Shown here piece after piece: positions 9,714 through 18,846 of a stretch of DNA of 64,000 nucleotides. The stretch is taken from NCBI GenBank assembly GCA_963727525.1, contig CAVSGO010000007.1:704001-768000 (forward strand), given 5' to 3'. Both the position numbers and the translations under genes were made by a program. Under the pieces are notes generated by a model. It made no database searches. It saw only the letters and a program-made list of their open reading frames with translations, and was not told where the DNA came from. The number at the start of each line of letters is the position of its first letter. The stretch's first letter is position 1. The stretch is from an uncultured bacterium (GTDB lineage Bacteria > Krumholzibacteriota > Krumholzibacteriia > LZORAL124-64-63).

Positions 9714-10358
9714 GTGCCCGCGCCGGCCGGCAACCTGGCTCGCTTCGACTGGGAGTGCTCCCGCGGCGGCACCGTTGTGCTCGCCGGTGTCGACGAGGCG
9801 GGTCGCGGTTGCTGGGCCGGACCCGTCGTGGCGGCGGCGGTCGTGCTGTCGCCCGGTGCGTGCCCTGCTGGTCTCGACGACTCCAAGAAAATCGCGCCCA
9901 CCGAGCGCGAGCGACTCTTTGCCTGCATCCGCGCGAGCGCCCTGGCCTGGGGTGCTTGCGCGGTGTCGTCGGTGGAGATCGACCGCATCAACATCCTCGC
10001 CGCCACGCTCGTCGCCATGGGACGCGCCGTGCGCAAACTCGCCGTGGCGCCGCATCTCGTGCTGGTGGACGGGTTGCAGACGCCACCGCTTCCGTGCGAG
10101 GCTCGCGCCGTCGTCAAGGGCGACGGTACCAGCGCGTCGATCGCGGCCGCGTCGATCGTGGCCAAGGTCCTGCGCGACCGTGTGATGGTGGCATGGGATC
10201 GGCGTTTCCCCGACTACGGTTTCGCCGCCCACAAGGGTTACGGGGCGCCCGTGCACCGCGCGGCCCTCACCCGTCTGGGGCCGTGTCCGCTCCACCGGCG
10301 CAGTTACCAGCCGGTGGCCCGCTGGAACCAGCCTGCGCTCTGGCACGATCCCCGCTAG
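9714..10358 (+). CDS. rnhB: Ribonuclease HII
   Basis: AGVDEAGRG, LDDSKK, LVDG, KGD...IAAASIVAKV, HKGYG, HRRSY. Confidence 0.96.
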   Translation: MPAPAGNLARFDWECSRGGTVVLAGVDEAGRGCWAGPVVAAAVVLSPGACPAGLDDSKKIAPTERERLFACIRASALAWGACAVSSVEIDRINILAATLVAMGRAVRKLAVAPHLVLVDGLQTPPLPCEARAVVKGDGTSASIAAASIVAKVLRDRVMVAWDRRFPDYGFAAHKGYGAPVHRAALTRLGPCPLHRRSYQPVARWNQPALWHDPR

Positions 10359-10367
10359 TCGCGTCCC

Positions 10368-10736
10368 ATGAACCGACCCGATGCCGCCGCGCTCGGCCGT
10401 CTGGGCGAGGACGCGGCTCTCAGCTTCTACCTTGCCTGCGGCTACCACTTGCTTGCGCGCCGCGTGCGTCGCGGGTGCGGGGAGATCGATCTCGTCGTGA
10501 CCCGCGCCAGCGTGATCGTCTTCGTCGAGGTGCGCACGCGCGGGCCGGGAAGCGTGGCGCGCGCGGCCGAGACCATCACGCGCGACAAATTGCGCCGCCT
10601 GCGCACGGCGGCGCGCGCGTGGCTGGCGGAGCAGCCGTCCGCGGCGGCGCGGGATCTGCGCTGCGACGTCGTGGCGATCGATCTCGCCGGCGAGGGAAAG
10701 GGGCTCGTGCTGCGTCACTTTCCCGGTGCCGGTTGA
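10368..10736 (+). CDS. yraN: YraN family (UPF0102) PD-(D/E)xK-like nuclease
   Basis: LGRLGED, GEIDLV, VFVEVRTR, LRCDVVAI; follows rnhB. Confidence 0.92.
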   Translation: MNRPDAAALGRLGEDAALSFYLACGYHLLARRVRRGCGEIDLVVTRASVIVFVEVRTRGPGSVARAAETITRDKLRRLRTAARAWLAEQPSAAARDLRCDVVAIDLAGEGKGLVLRHFPGAG

Positions 10737-10819
10737 GGTGTCGACGGGCGGTGACACCTGGCCATCATCGCGTCGTCCCGAAATCACACCTTCCGAAAAG
10801 ACCCCTGGCCGTCTTTCGG
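10736..10819 (+). other. Two hairpins/inverted repeats between yraN and the giant ORF
   Basis: AGGTGTC(10736-42)/GACACCT(10753-59) and CCGAAAAGAC(10793-802)/GTCTTTCGG(10811-19). Confidence 0.4.
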
Positions 10820-10908
10820 CCGCGGCGGTATGCTCCTGCCGTCCACTGCGGTTCCATCGTCGTTCCGTGATCCGCGCACCGCCGGCGAGCAGGAGGCGAC
10901 CTGGCGGC

Positions 10909-13900
10909 ATGAGTTACTGGGATACCCTCGACCGAGCCCGCAACGCACTCGACGCGGGTCGCTTTCGCGAGGCGGAAGACCTCTACCGGTCGGCCGTCGC
11001 CGCGCGTGGGCGATCGCCGCGGCGTGTGTTCTTCAGCGAAAGTCTCGTCGACGGCGCCAGGCGCACGTGGGCGACGATGCGACGCCAGCCGCGAGACACG
11101 GCCGGTCCTGGCCGCTGGGAAGCGGCTGACGCCGCGTTCAGCGCCGAGTTCCTCGATCGCGCCGAGGTGGCCGTACGCGAAGCGCTCCAGCGTGCGGATC
11201 TGCGCCCGGAAGACGCGGCGCAGACCAGCCAGCCGCTGCTCGCGTCGGCCCTGTACCTCGTGGTGGCGAGCGACATCTGCCCGAGCGAACCCACGTCGGC
11301 CGTCCCTCTGCTCAAGGGTCTGATGCGCACGGCGCGCCACACCGGTCAGGCATTCGACGCCGACCTCCTGCGCGCGGATCTGCCCCTGTCGGCCGATGAT
11401 CGCCTGTGGCTCGCACGCACGGGCGACGATCTGCTCGCGAGCGCTGCCGCCGAGCCGCAACCCGGCGGCTTCGCGACGGCAGCATGGGCACGGACCCTGC
11501 TCGACCTCCTTGCTCCGGAGTATTTCCCCGGCTCGGAACGCGTGGAGGAAGAGCGGCGCTGGTGGGCGGCCGGCATCGCCGATCGCCACCTCGCCGCACC
11601 GGCAGCCGCCGTCGATCTGTACCGCGAATATCTGGAAATGCACCCGCTGCCCGGCCCGCGTCCGGATCAGGCCCGCGTGCGCTGCGTCGAGATGCTGGGC
11701 AACGTCACCGGCTCGTCGTTTGCCGTGCCTCGCTATCGCGACGCCCGCGCGATCGCGTCGCCACCGGTGGTGCCCGGCAGCCCGGAGGCGGAACGCTTGC
11801 GGGAGGCCCTGGCCGCCATCGAGGCGCGCCGACCGGCCGATCGCTCCGGTGAGGCCTGGTGTGCCGCCGGTGCTGACGGCGGTTTGCGGGTCACCTTCGT
11901 CATGTGGTGGGGCGAGGCACCGGTCGATGTGGCGACGTGGCAGGCCGGCGACGCGCCGGCGGCCATCGCCGAATTCCTCGAGCCGGCGGCCGGGCGTATG
12001 CTGTGGGCCGGCGCGGGACCGCCGGCCGGGCTGGCGGCCGCCGTGCCGGTTGCGGCGTGCGGCTGGCGCGTGGAGCCTTTCCTTGCGACACTGCTCGAAC
12101 CGCGCCTGCCGCGCGGCAGCTGGAGTCCCGACGCACGCTGGCAACTCGCGCTCGCACGTTCGGCGGCGTGGCGCGAGACGTGGCATCCGCATCGCGGCCA
12201 TCCCCGCCTCGTACCACCGGCGTCGGACGGACGCCTCGCCGCGGCGCAGGCCGGCCTGGAACCCATTATCACCGCGGCGCTGCTGTGGCTCGTGTGTCTG
12301 AGGCGGATCGACGAGGCCGATCCTGCTCTGCGCGCCGGCCTGGGCGAACTCGGCCGGCGCGGCGACCCGGCCGCGGCCTTCCTGCACGACTGCGCTGTGC
12401 TCGGCTCGCCGGCAAAAGCCGCTCTCGACGTGGGCTTCGCGCCGTGGACGCTGCCCGTCCTCTGGACGCGGCCCGATCCTTTGCCAAGCACGTCGGTCGA
12501 CCATGCGGACGATGTCGCCGCGCGCTCGGACCTCGCGGGTAATGACGTCGTTGTCGTCGCCACCGGGCATCCTGGCGCCGTGCTCACCGCGTGGTCCGAT
12601 CGCGACCGCCGCTGGCGTGTGGTGCTCGACCGCCTCGATCGCCTGGGCGATCTGCACACCATCGCGCGCGGTGCGTACGGACCGGTCACCGTCGTGCCCG
12701 CCGGCGGCGAGGTGCACGACCTCGCCGGAGCGCTGGCGTGGCTCGAGGATCTGGCGGGCCGGTCCCGCGAGGGCGACGCGGCGATGCTGGCCGTCTTCCA
12801 CTGGATCCGCCTCGTGGAGACGCACAACGGCGATCTTCTGGATCACGAACGTCTGCGCGGCCGCCTGCCCGGCGAACATACGCTCTATGACCTCTATCGC
12901 GCGGGCGTCTCGCAGCTTCCGCGCCGTGTTCCGTGCGCCGGCGACGATCCGGCGCAGGCCGGCTGGTCGGAGCAGTTCGCCCAGCGCGTGCGCAAATCGG
13001 GTCTCGTGGTCGGCGCCGCGGCGGATCTCACCGAGGATGCCGCGCAGCTCGACGCACGCTGGGGGGTGTTCGATGGGAGCGGCGCGAGCTGGGTCTTCCT
13101 CGACAGCGCGGCCGTGCACTGGCAGCTCTGGCAGCGCGCCGGCCGCTGGCCCGCGTCGCTCCATGCCCTGCTCGCCACGCGGGGCGCCCGCCACGCGTCG
13201 CTGCTGCTCGCGGGCACCGTGATGACGGCCGATCTGCGCCGTGCCCTCGACGGCGTGCTCGCCCCCTACGGGCGGCCGTATCATCTCGCCTTGACCGATG
13301 TGCGCCCGACCCGCCTGCGGCTCGTCGGGCGTGGACCCGTGCCCGACGCGCACCTGCAACTCGTCGAGGCGTGGACGGCGGCGGCGGCCTACCTGAATCG
13401 CACGGGTGTCGCGCCCGCACTGGTGCTGGCTCCGCGCGCGGGTCTCGCCGCCGAGTTCTGGCAGGCGGTGGCGGCGGGCGTCTTCGGTCGCATGCCGTGG
13501 TCTCTGGTCGCATCCCTTTCCGATGACATCGCGGGTGCGCGTCTGGTGGTGCCCCTGCTCGAGAGTCTCGACGACAACGCGCCGCCAGGATCCGCCGCGG
13601 TGGTGGTGTCCGCGCCGAATGCGTGGCGTGCTCAGGACGAGCAGCGCCGTGCCCGCGCGCGGGAACGGCGCGCGCTCGCGGCGATGGAGATCAACGCGTT
13701 GCTCGCGCTGCCGGTTGCGTCTGTGGAGGTGCTCGACGGGCGCTGGTGGCGTCTGGCCGACAGCGACTGGGAGCCGGCCGCCGCCCGGGCGCAGCTCGCG
13801 CCGCAGGCGGAGCTGATCGACCTGCCTGCCAGTGACGAGGGCGCATCGCAACGCCTGCGCGGCGATGTGGCGCCGTGGCTCGCCGAGCGCGGTCGTGTGC

Positions 13901-16900
13901 CGGGCGAGTTGCCGGGCTGGCAGGGCGCGGCGCCAGGGACGACGGGCGAGGAGGCGCACGATCCGGTGAGCGGCGTGCACCTGGATCGGCGCGATGCCGT
14001 CGCGGTGTGGCGCCGTCTCGCGGCGTGGCTCCTGCGCGGCTGGGAGATGGGCATGGCCTCGCGCCGCCTGGTGATCATCGCCGACGAACCGCCGCTCCAT
14101 GCCGCCGATGTCGTCGCCGCCCTCGACTGTCCTGGCGCCACCGTGCCGCCGGCCATGCCGACCTCTTCGGCTTCGGGCAGTGCCGTGGTACCGTGGGCGC
14201 CGCTCGTCTGGTTGCGCCCGGCCGACGTGGCGCGCCTGGGGCGCGATACGCTCGCGTCGCTACGGCCGGATGCTGTGCTCGTGGCGGATCTCGCGGCGTG
14301 GTTGCCCATCGCGGGCCCCGCGCGGCCGGAGACGACACAGGCTCTGCGCTGGATCGCCGATTGCGGTGCCAGCATCGTCGCGCTGGCGGGCGCCGGCGTC
14401 TCGCCGGCGTGGGAGCTGTTCCTCGCGCGCCAGCTCGGCGCCGGGACGCCGCCGCCAGCGCCCGGACCCGGCGACTGGGCCACGCTGAAGCGAAGCGACG
14501 CGCTGCCCCTCGAGATCGACTGCCCACACTGCGAACACCGTGGCGCCCCGGTGGGCGATGCCGTGTGCCGTCGCTGTGGGTTTGACCTCGCCGCGTACGC
14601 GGCAAGCCATCCGGGCATCGTCCAGGTGGCGTGCACGCAGGGGACACTGCGCGCGTTCGCGCAGCGGCGTGATCTGGGCCGCGAACGGCCGCTCGACCTC
14701 TGGGCGCAGCCGACGCTCACCCCGCGCGACGTCCTCGCTGCGGAGGTGGCCGCGCAATCGGCGACGACCATGTCCACGGGCGAGCTGCGTCTCGCCGACG
14801 GTCGGCGCTGGCGTCTGCGCGCGGCGAAACCCGGGGCGGCCGCATCCGGCCACGCCGACAGCGTCGTCATCGGCGTGCCGCACGATCCGGGAACCCTCGT
14901 ACCGGTCGCGCCCCTCGACGGCGTCGACACGCTCACGCTCGCCTATGCCACGGTGGGATTGGGCGATCCGCTTGCCACGGGCGAGGTGGCCGGCGCGCAG
15001 CGCTTGCTGCGCCTGTTGCGCGAGGGCACGCCGGCGATCGTCGCTGCCGAGCGCGGCGCCTGGCCCGCGGGCTCGCGCGGTGACGCCACGGTGCCGCTGC
15101 TTCGCCTCGAGCATCTTGCGGGCCTCGAGCCGGCGTCTCTGCAGACCTCGGTAGGATTGCTGCGCTGGGCTTCCCGCCTCGCGGCCAGCGAGGTCGTGGC
15201 CCCGGCGCTGTCGGCGCCGGTTCCGCGGCTGTGGGTCGGCGGACCGTACGCGGCGATCGAGCACGCCGTCGCGGAGCTGCGTCGGGATCTGACGCCGGCG
15301 CTCGCGCAGTTCCTGGCCGACGCCACGCCCGGCGCCTGGCACGATATCGTGTGGCCCGTGTCCGCGACCGATGACGACCGCCGACGGCGCGAGCGTGTCG
15401 ATCGTCTCCTGCACCTTGCCTCGCGTTTGCCCGCCCCCGGGCAGGGGGACCGCCTGGGGTACCGGGCGTCCGTCGGCGCGTACTTCAGCGATCGGCGCTG
15501 GCTCCAGTGGCGGGGTAGCCGCTTGGAAGCGGAGAGCTGGCTCGATGGGCAACTCGACGCATTCCTGGACTGGTCGCGGCAGGTGCTGGCGGCGGCGGTG
15601 GCGCACGACGACGGCTACGCTGTCGCGGGCGATCCCGTGGCGGGTGATCCGTGGTGGCGCAGCCCGTGGCTGGTCTGGGGTCAGGAGCTCGGGTGCTGGC
15701 ACGTGGCCGGCGTCACGCACGCGGACCAGGTGGACCTCGCCGAGCTGGACCGGCTGCGCGAGATAGCCGAGGCGGCCGAACATGCGCCCGCAGCGCGCCT
15801 GCTCGTCGATCTTGCGGCGGAGCGATCGGCTTGGCGGCGAGTGCTGCGCGAGGCGCGCCCGGGCGGCGTCGTGGCGGCCCCGGTGCCGCACATCGAGGAC
15901 ATGCATGACGCCGCGCCGCCGGTGCGTCGCAGCTGGTTGCGACGGGGGTCGGACGGCGATCCGGTGACGGCAGCGAGTCGCGCGGTGGCCGAGCTGGCGG
16001 CAGGCCACGACCGTGCCCTGCTCATCCTCGCGGGTCCGGCCGGCACCGGACGGCACGAGGCGTTGCTGGCCGGCCTCGACCAGGCCACGCGAGTCGCCGA
16101 CGCGCCGGATGCCGTCACGGTGTGGTGTCCCGACGCCGCGTCGGCGGCGCACCTGCACCTCGCGTGTCTCGCCCGACGTCAGGGCTGGCAACTCGATTTG
16201 CGCGTGCCCGGGCCGGCGAGCGATCGCGCCCTGGGCGCGGCCGACACCGCGCCCGGCGGCCACCGCGTCACCGTGGTGACGGAGGTGCAGCGCCTGTCGC
16301 AGGAGGTGCGCTACCGGCTGCAGGAAGAAGGGCGGCGCGGTGGCCTGATCCTCACGGCCGATCCGCACGAAAGCCTCGAGTCGTGGGACACGCTCTTTCT
16401 CACGACACCACGGCCCGAGCAGGTGCGCTACCTCGAATTGCAGCGCGCGCAAACGCGTCGTCTCTGGGAGGAGACGGCGCCGCTCATCGGCCGCGTGGAG
16501 GCACGCAACCGCACACGGCGCCGGGAAAAAGGCGCCCTGCACTCGCGCCGGGCGGTGAACCTCGATGAGTGCGTCAGCGCCGTCGCCGCGGAGGTGGAGG
16601 CGGGGCGTCTCGGCCCGAGCTGCGATCTCGTCGTGCCGCTCGGCGACGACGCGGCGTTCCTCGGTCGCATGTTCGCGGCGCGCGGCTGGCTCGCGGTGTT
16701 CCGGCAGGAACTCGACGAATTGCTGCTGCCAGGCACGCTCGAGTTCATCTGTGCGGCCCATGACGTGGCGGCGGCATCGCTCGGTGCCTGGCCCGGCACC
16801 GCCGCGGATGGGCCGCCGCCGCTGCTCGGACAGTGGGTCATGACACCGACGCTCGCGGACGGCTATCCGGCCTGGGTCGCCGCCTGCGGCGACGGGGAGG

Positions 16901-17304
16901 CGCGTTCGGTGGGCGCGCTCTGGGAGGTGTGGCGCCGCACCCCGTGGGGCCGGGCCGGCGCCGGCCATCCCGCGGCACGCGTGAGGACCACGGCGCTGGT
17001 GAATACGTGGAGTCGGGAGGAGTTGCCGACCTTCCTGGACCGTCCGCTCTGGGCGGCGTGGCGAGACAGCCTCGGCGAGGCTCTCGGTCAGGACGCGCTG
17101 GCGGCCGATCGCCCGGTGATTCGCCTGGCGACCACGGCGCAGCCCCCCGGCGGAGCCTGCGTGCATGCCGTCTACGTATGTGCGGGGACGGAGAGCGACC
17201 AGGACCACTACCGGGTACTGGGCCACGTCACGGACGGCCTGCTCGTGCTGTGGCAGGAACGCTCGCCGCTGCCGACGGAGGCCGACGAGACGCCGCCGGC
17301 CTGA
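10909..17304 (+). CDS. 2131-aa hypothetical protein; apparent TPR + degenerate DnaQ-DinG + degenerate RecQ (Zn ribbon) + degenerate UvrD fusion
   Basis: Uninterrupted 6.4-kb ORF, AGGAGG upstream of ATG 10909; ordered motif remnants such as GPAGTGR, TEVQ, ADPHES, VLDGR, CPHC..CRRC; domain calls are by eye only. Confidence 0.75.
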   Translation: MSYWDTLDRARNALDAGRFREAEDLYRSAVAARGRSPRRVFFSESLVDGARRTWATMRRQPRDTAGPGRWEAADAAFSAEFLDRAEVAVREALQRADLRPEDAAQTSQPLLASALYLVVASDICPSEPTSAVPLLKGLMRTARHTGQAFDADLLRADLPLSADDRLWLARTGDDLLASAAAEPQPGGFATAAWARTLLDLLAPEYFPGSERVEEERRWWAAGIADRHLAAPAAAVDLYREYLEMHPLPGPRPDQARVRCVEMLGNVTGSSFAVPRYRDARAIASPPVVPGSPEAERLREALAAIEARRPADRSGEAWCAAGADGGLRVTFVMWWGEAPVDVATWQAGDAPAAIAEFLEPAAGRMLWAGAGPPAGLAAAVPVAACGWRVEPFLATLLEPRLPRGSWSPDARWQLALARSAAWRETWHPHRGHPRLVPPASDGRLAAAQAGLEPIITAALLWLVCLRRIDEADPALRAGLGELGRRGDPAAAFLHDCAVLGSPAKAALDVGFAPWTLPVLWTRPDPLPSTSVDHADDVAARSDLAGNDVVVVATGHPGAVLTAWSDRDRRWRVVLDRLDRLGDLHTIARGAYGPVTVVPAGGEVHDLAGALAWLEDLAGRSREGDAAMLAVFHWIRLVETHNGDLLDHERLRGRLPGEHTLYDLYRAGVSQLPRRVPCAGDDPAQAGWSEQFAQRVRKSGLVVGAAADLTEDAAQLDARWGVFDGSGASWVFLDSAAVHWQLWQRAGRWPASLHALLATRGARHASLLLAGTVMTADLRRALDGVLAPYGRPYHLALTDVRPTRLRLVGRGPVPDAHLQLVEAWTAAAAYLNRTGVAPALVLAPRAGLAAEFWQAVAAGVFGRMPWSLVASLSDDIAGARLVVPLLESLDDNAPPGSAAVVVSAPNAWRAQDEQRRARARERRALAAMEINALLALPVASVEVLDGRWWRLADSDWEPAAARAQLAPQAELIDLPASDEGASQRLRGDVAPWLAERGRVPGELPGWQGAAPGTTGEEAHDPVSGVHLDRRDAVAVWRRLAAWLLRGWEMGMASRRLVIIADEPPLHAADVVAALDCPGATVPPAMPTSSASGSAVVPWAPLVWLRPADVARLGRDTLASLRPDAVLVADLAAWLPIAGPARPETTQALRWIADCGASIVALAGAGVSPAWELFLARQLGAGTPPPAPGPGDWATLKRSDALPLEIDCPHCEHRGAPVGDAVCRRCGFDLAAYAASHPGIVQVACTQGTLRAFAQRRDLGRERPLDLWAQPTLTPRDVLAAEVAAQSATTMSTGELRLADGRRWRLRAAKPGAAASGHADSVVIGVPHDPGTLVPVAPLDGVDTLTLAYATVGLGDPLATGEVAGAQRLLRLLREGTPAIVAAERGAWPAGSRGDATVPLLRLEHLAGLEPASLQTSVGLLRWASRLAASEVVAPALSAPVPRLWVGGPYAAIEHAVAELRRDLTPALAQFLADATPGAWHDIVWPVSATDDDRRRRERVDRLLHLASRLPAPGQGDRLGYRASVGAYFSDRRWLQWRGSRLEAESWLDGQLDAFLDWSRQVLAAAVAHDDGYAVAGDPVAGDPWWRSPWLVWGQELGCWHVAGVTHADQVDLAELDRLREIAEAAEHAPAARLLVDLAAERSAWRRVLREARPGGVVAAPVPHIEDMHDAAPPVRRSWLRRGSDGDPVTAASRAVAELAAGHDRALLILAGPAGTGRHEALLAGLDQATRVADAPDAVTVWCPDAASAAHLHLACLARRQGWQLDLRVPGPASDRALGAADTAPGGHRVTVVTEVQRLSQEVRYRLQEEGRRGGLILTADPHESLESWDTLFLTTPRPEQVRYLELQRAQTRRLWEETAPLIGRVEARNRTRRREKGALHSRRAVNLDECVSAVAAEVEAGRLGPSCDLVVPLGDDAAFLGRMFAARGWLAVFRQELDELLLPGTLEFICAAHDVAAASLGAWPGTAADGPPPLLGQWVMTPTLADGYPAWVAACGDGEARSVGALWEVWRRTPWGRAGAGHPAARVRTTALVNTWSREELPTFLDRPLWAAWRDSLGEALGQDALAADRPVIRLATTAQPPGGACVHAVYVCAGTESDQDHYRVLGHVTDGLLVLWQERSPLPTEADETPPA

Positions 17305-17334
17305 CGGACGGTTTCGCGGCGGCCGGGTTCAAGG

Positions 17335-17364
17335 TTGTCCTGGCCGGGTCCCGCCTGCTACCTT
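17335..17364 (+). promoter_or_regulatory. Possible sigma70 promoter of tnaA
   Basis: TTGTCC-18bp-TACCTT with TG extended -10. Confidence 0.35.
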
Positions 17365-17448
17365 GCGGTCAGTCGTCTCGAGTGCCCGTCGCACCGTGAT
17401 CCGTGTCGCCGTTGCCTGCCGACAGCGGCTTGCCGCGAGGAGTCGCGC

Positions 17449-18846
17449 ATGGACCTGCCGTTCGAACCGTATCGCATCAAGGTCGTCGAGAGGATCCACC
17501 GCGTCAGCCGGACCGAACGCGAGCGGCTTCTAATCGCCGCCGGCTACAACGTGTTCAAGGTGCCGTCGGCGGCCATCACCATCGATCTGCTCACTGACAG
17601 CGGCACGTCTGCCATGAGCGACCGACAGTGGGCCGCCATGATCACCGGCGACGAAGCCTACGCCATGAGTCGCAGCTACGAGGACTTCGAGTCCACGATC
17701 CGGCGCATCACCGGCTACAGCCACGTCTTGCCTTGCCACCAGGGGCGCGCGGCCGAGAGCCTGGTCTTCGGCACGCTGGTCAAGCGTGGCGATGTGGTGC
17801 CCAACAACATCCATTTCGACACCACGCGCGCCAACGTCGAGCACTGCGGAGGCATCGCCCTGGATTGCGTATGCGAGGAGGGGCTCGACCCCGATCTCAT
17901 CGCCAACTTCAAGGGCAATATGTCGCTGGACAAGCTGGTGGCGGCGTTCAGGAAGTACGGCGACCGGATCCCTTTCGTGATGCTGACGATCACGAACAAC
18001 AGCGGTGGCGGGCAACCGGTCAGCCTGGCCAATGCGCGCGACGTGGCCGCGGTCTGCCGGCGCGAGGGTGTCGCGCTCTACCTCGATTGCGCGCGCTTCG
18101 CCGAGAATGCGTGGTTCATCAAGCAGCGCGAGGACGGCCAGCAGGAGCGCAGCATCGAGGCCATCGCTCACGAGTTTTTCAGCTACGCCGATGGTTGCAT
18201 GATGAGCGCAAAGAAGGACGCGCTGGTGAACATCGGCGGCTTCATCGCGCTCAACGACGAAGAGGTGGCCCAGCAGGTGAGCAACCTGCTCATCCTGCAC
18301 GAGGGTTTCGTCACTTACGGCGGACTCGCGGGGCGCGATCTGGCCGCCATCGCCGAGGGGCTGCGCGAGGGGCTCGACGAGGAGTACCTCACCTACCGCA
18401 TCGGCCAGGTGGCACGGCTGGGCGAGCGGCTCGCGCAGCTGGGGGTGCCCTGCATCAAGCCTACCGGCGGTCACGCCGTGTACATCGACGTCAAGCGCGC
18501 CCTGCCGCACATACCACCGGCGGAGTTCCCCGGCCAGAGCTTCACCTGCGCGCTCTATCTGGAGGCCGGTGTTCGTGCGGTGGAGATCGGCAGTCTCATG
18601 TTCGAGCATGTCGATCCCGACAGCGGCGCCATGGTGCATCCCGACCTCGAACTCGTGCGGCTTGCCGTGCCGCGGCGGGTTTATACCCACACGCAGCTCG
18701 ACACCGTCGCCGACGCCTGCGCCCAGGTCATGGGAATGGGACCACGACTGCGCGGCATGGAGATCGTCTGGCAACCGCCGGCGTTGCGCCACTTCACGGC
18801 CCGCCTGCAACCGGTCGGTGGGGGGCCGTTGCTGGACGAACGATGA
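17449..18846 (+). CDS. tnaA: Tryptophanase (PLP-dependent beta-eliminating lyase)
   Basis: EPYRIKVVE, IDLLTDSGT, MSAKKD (PLP lysine), LRHFTARL; these resemble tryptophanase more than tyrosine phenol-lyase (MSGKKD/LRFFTA). Confidence 0.88.
   Translation: MDLPFEPYRIKVVERIHRVSRTERERLLIAAGYNVFKVPSAAITIDLLTDSGTSAMSDRQWAAMITGDEAYAMSRSYEDFESTIRRITGYSHVLPCHQGRAAESLVFGTLVKRGDVVPNNIHFDTTRANVEHCGGIALDCVCEEGLDPDLIANFKGNMSLDKLVAAFRKYGDRIPFVMLTITNNSGGGQPVSLANARDVAAVCRREGVALYLDCARFAENAWFIKQREDGQQERSIEAIAHEFFSYADGCMMSAKKDALVNIGGFIALNDEEVAQQVSNLLILHEGFVTYGGLAGRDLAAIAEGLREGLDEEYLTYRIGQVARLGERLAQLGVPCIKPTGGHAVYIDVKRALPHIPPAEFPGQSFTCALYLEAGVRAVEIGSLMFEHVDPDSGAMVHPDLELVRLAVPRRVYTHTQLDTVADACAQVMGMGPRLRGMEIVWQPPALRHFTARLQPVGGGPLLDER

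Noticed and set aside
10726-10908. N-terminal extension of the giant ORF in the ORF track (and similar extensions for tnaA, fmt, nuoB, nuoE, nuoH, nuoI)
   Set aside because: Downstream starts have better RBS or coupling and match expected family N-termini.
10765-17226. Long antisense ORFs (1111 aa and 988 aa) opposite the giant gene, and similar ones opposite the nuo, RND and deoA genes
   Set aside because: Shadow ORFs expected in high-GC coding DNA; no motifs, and the sense strand carries the RBS and recognisable features.
17305-17448. Possible tnaC-like leader peptide upstream of tnaA
   Set aside because: No short ORF with an RBS and the Trp...Pro-stop pattern was found.
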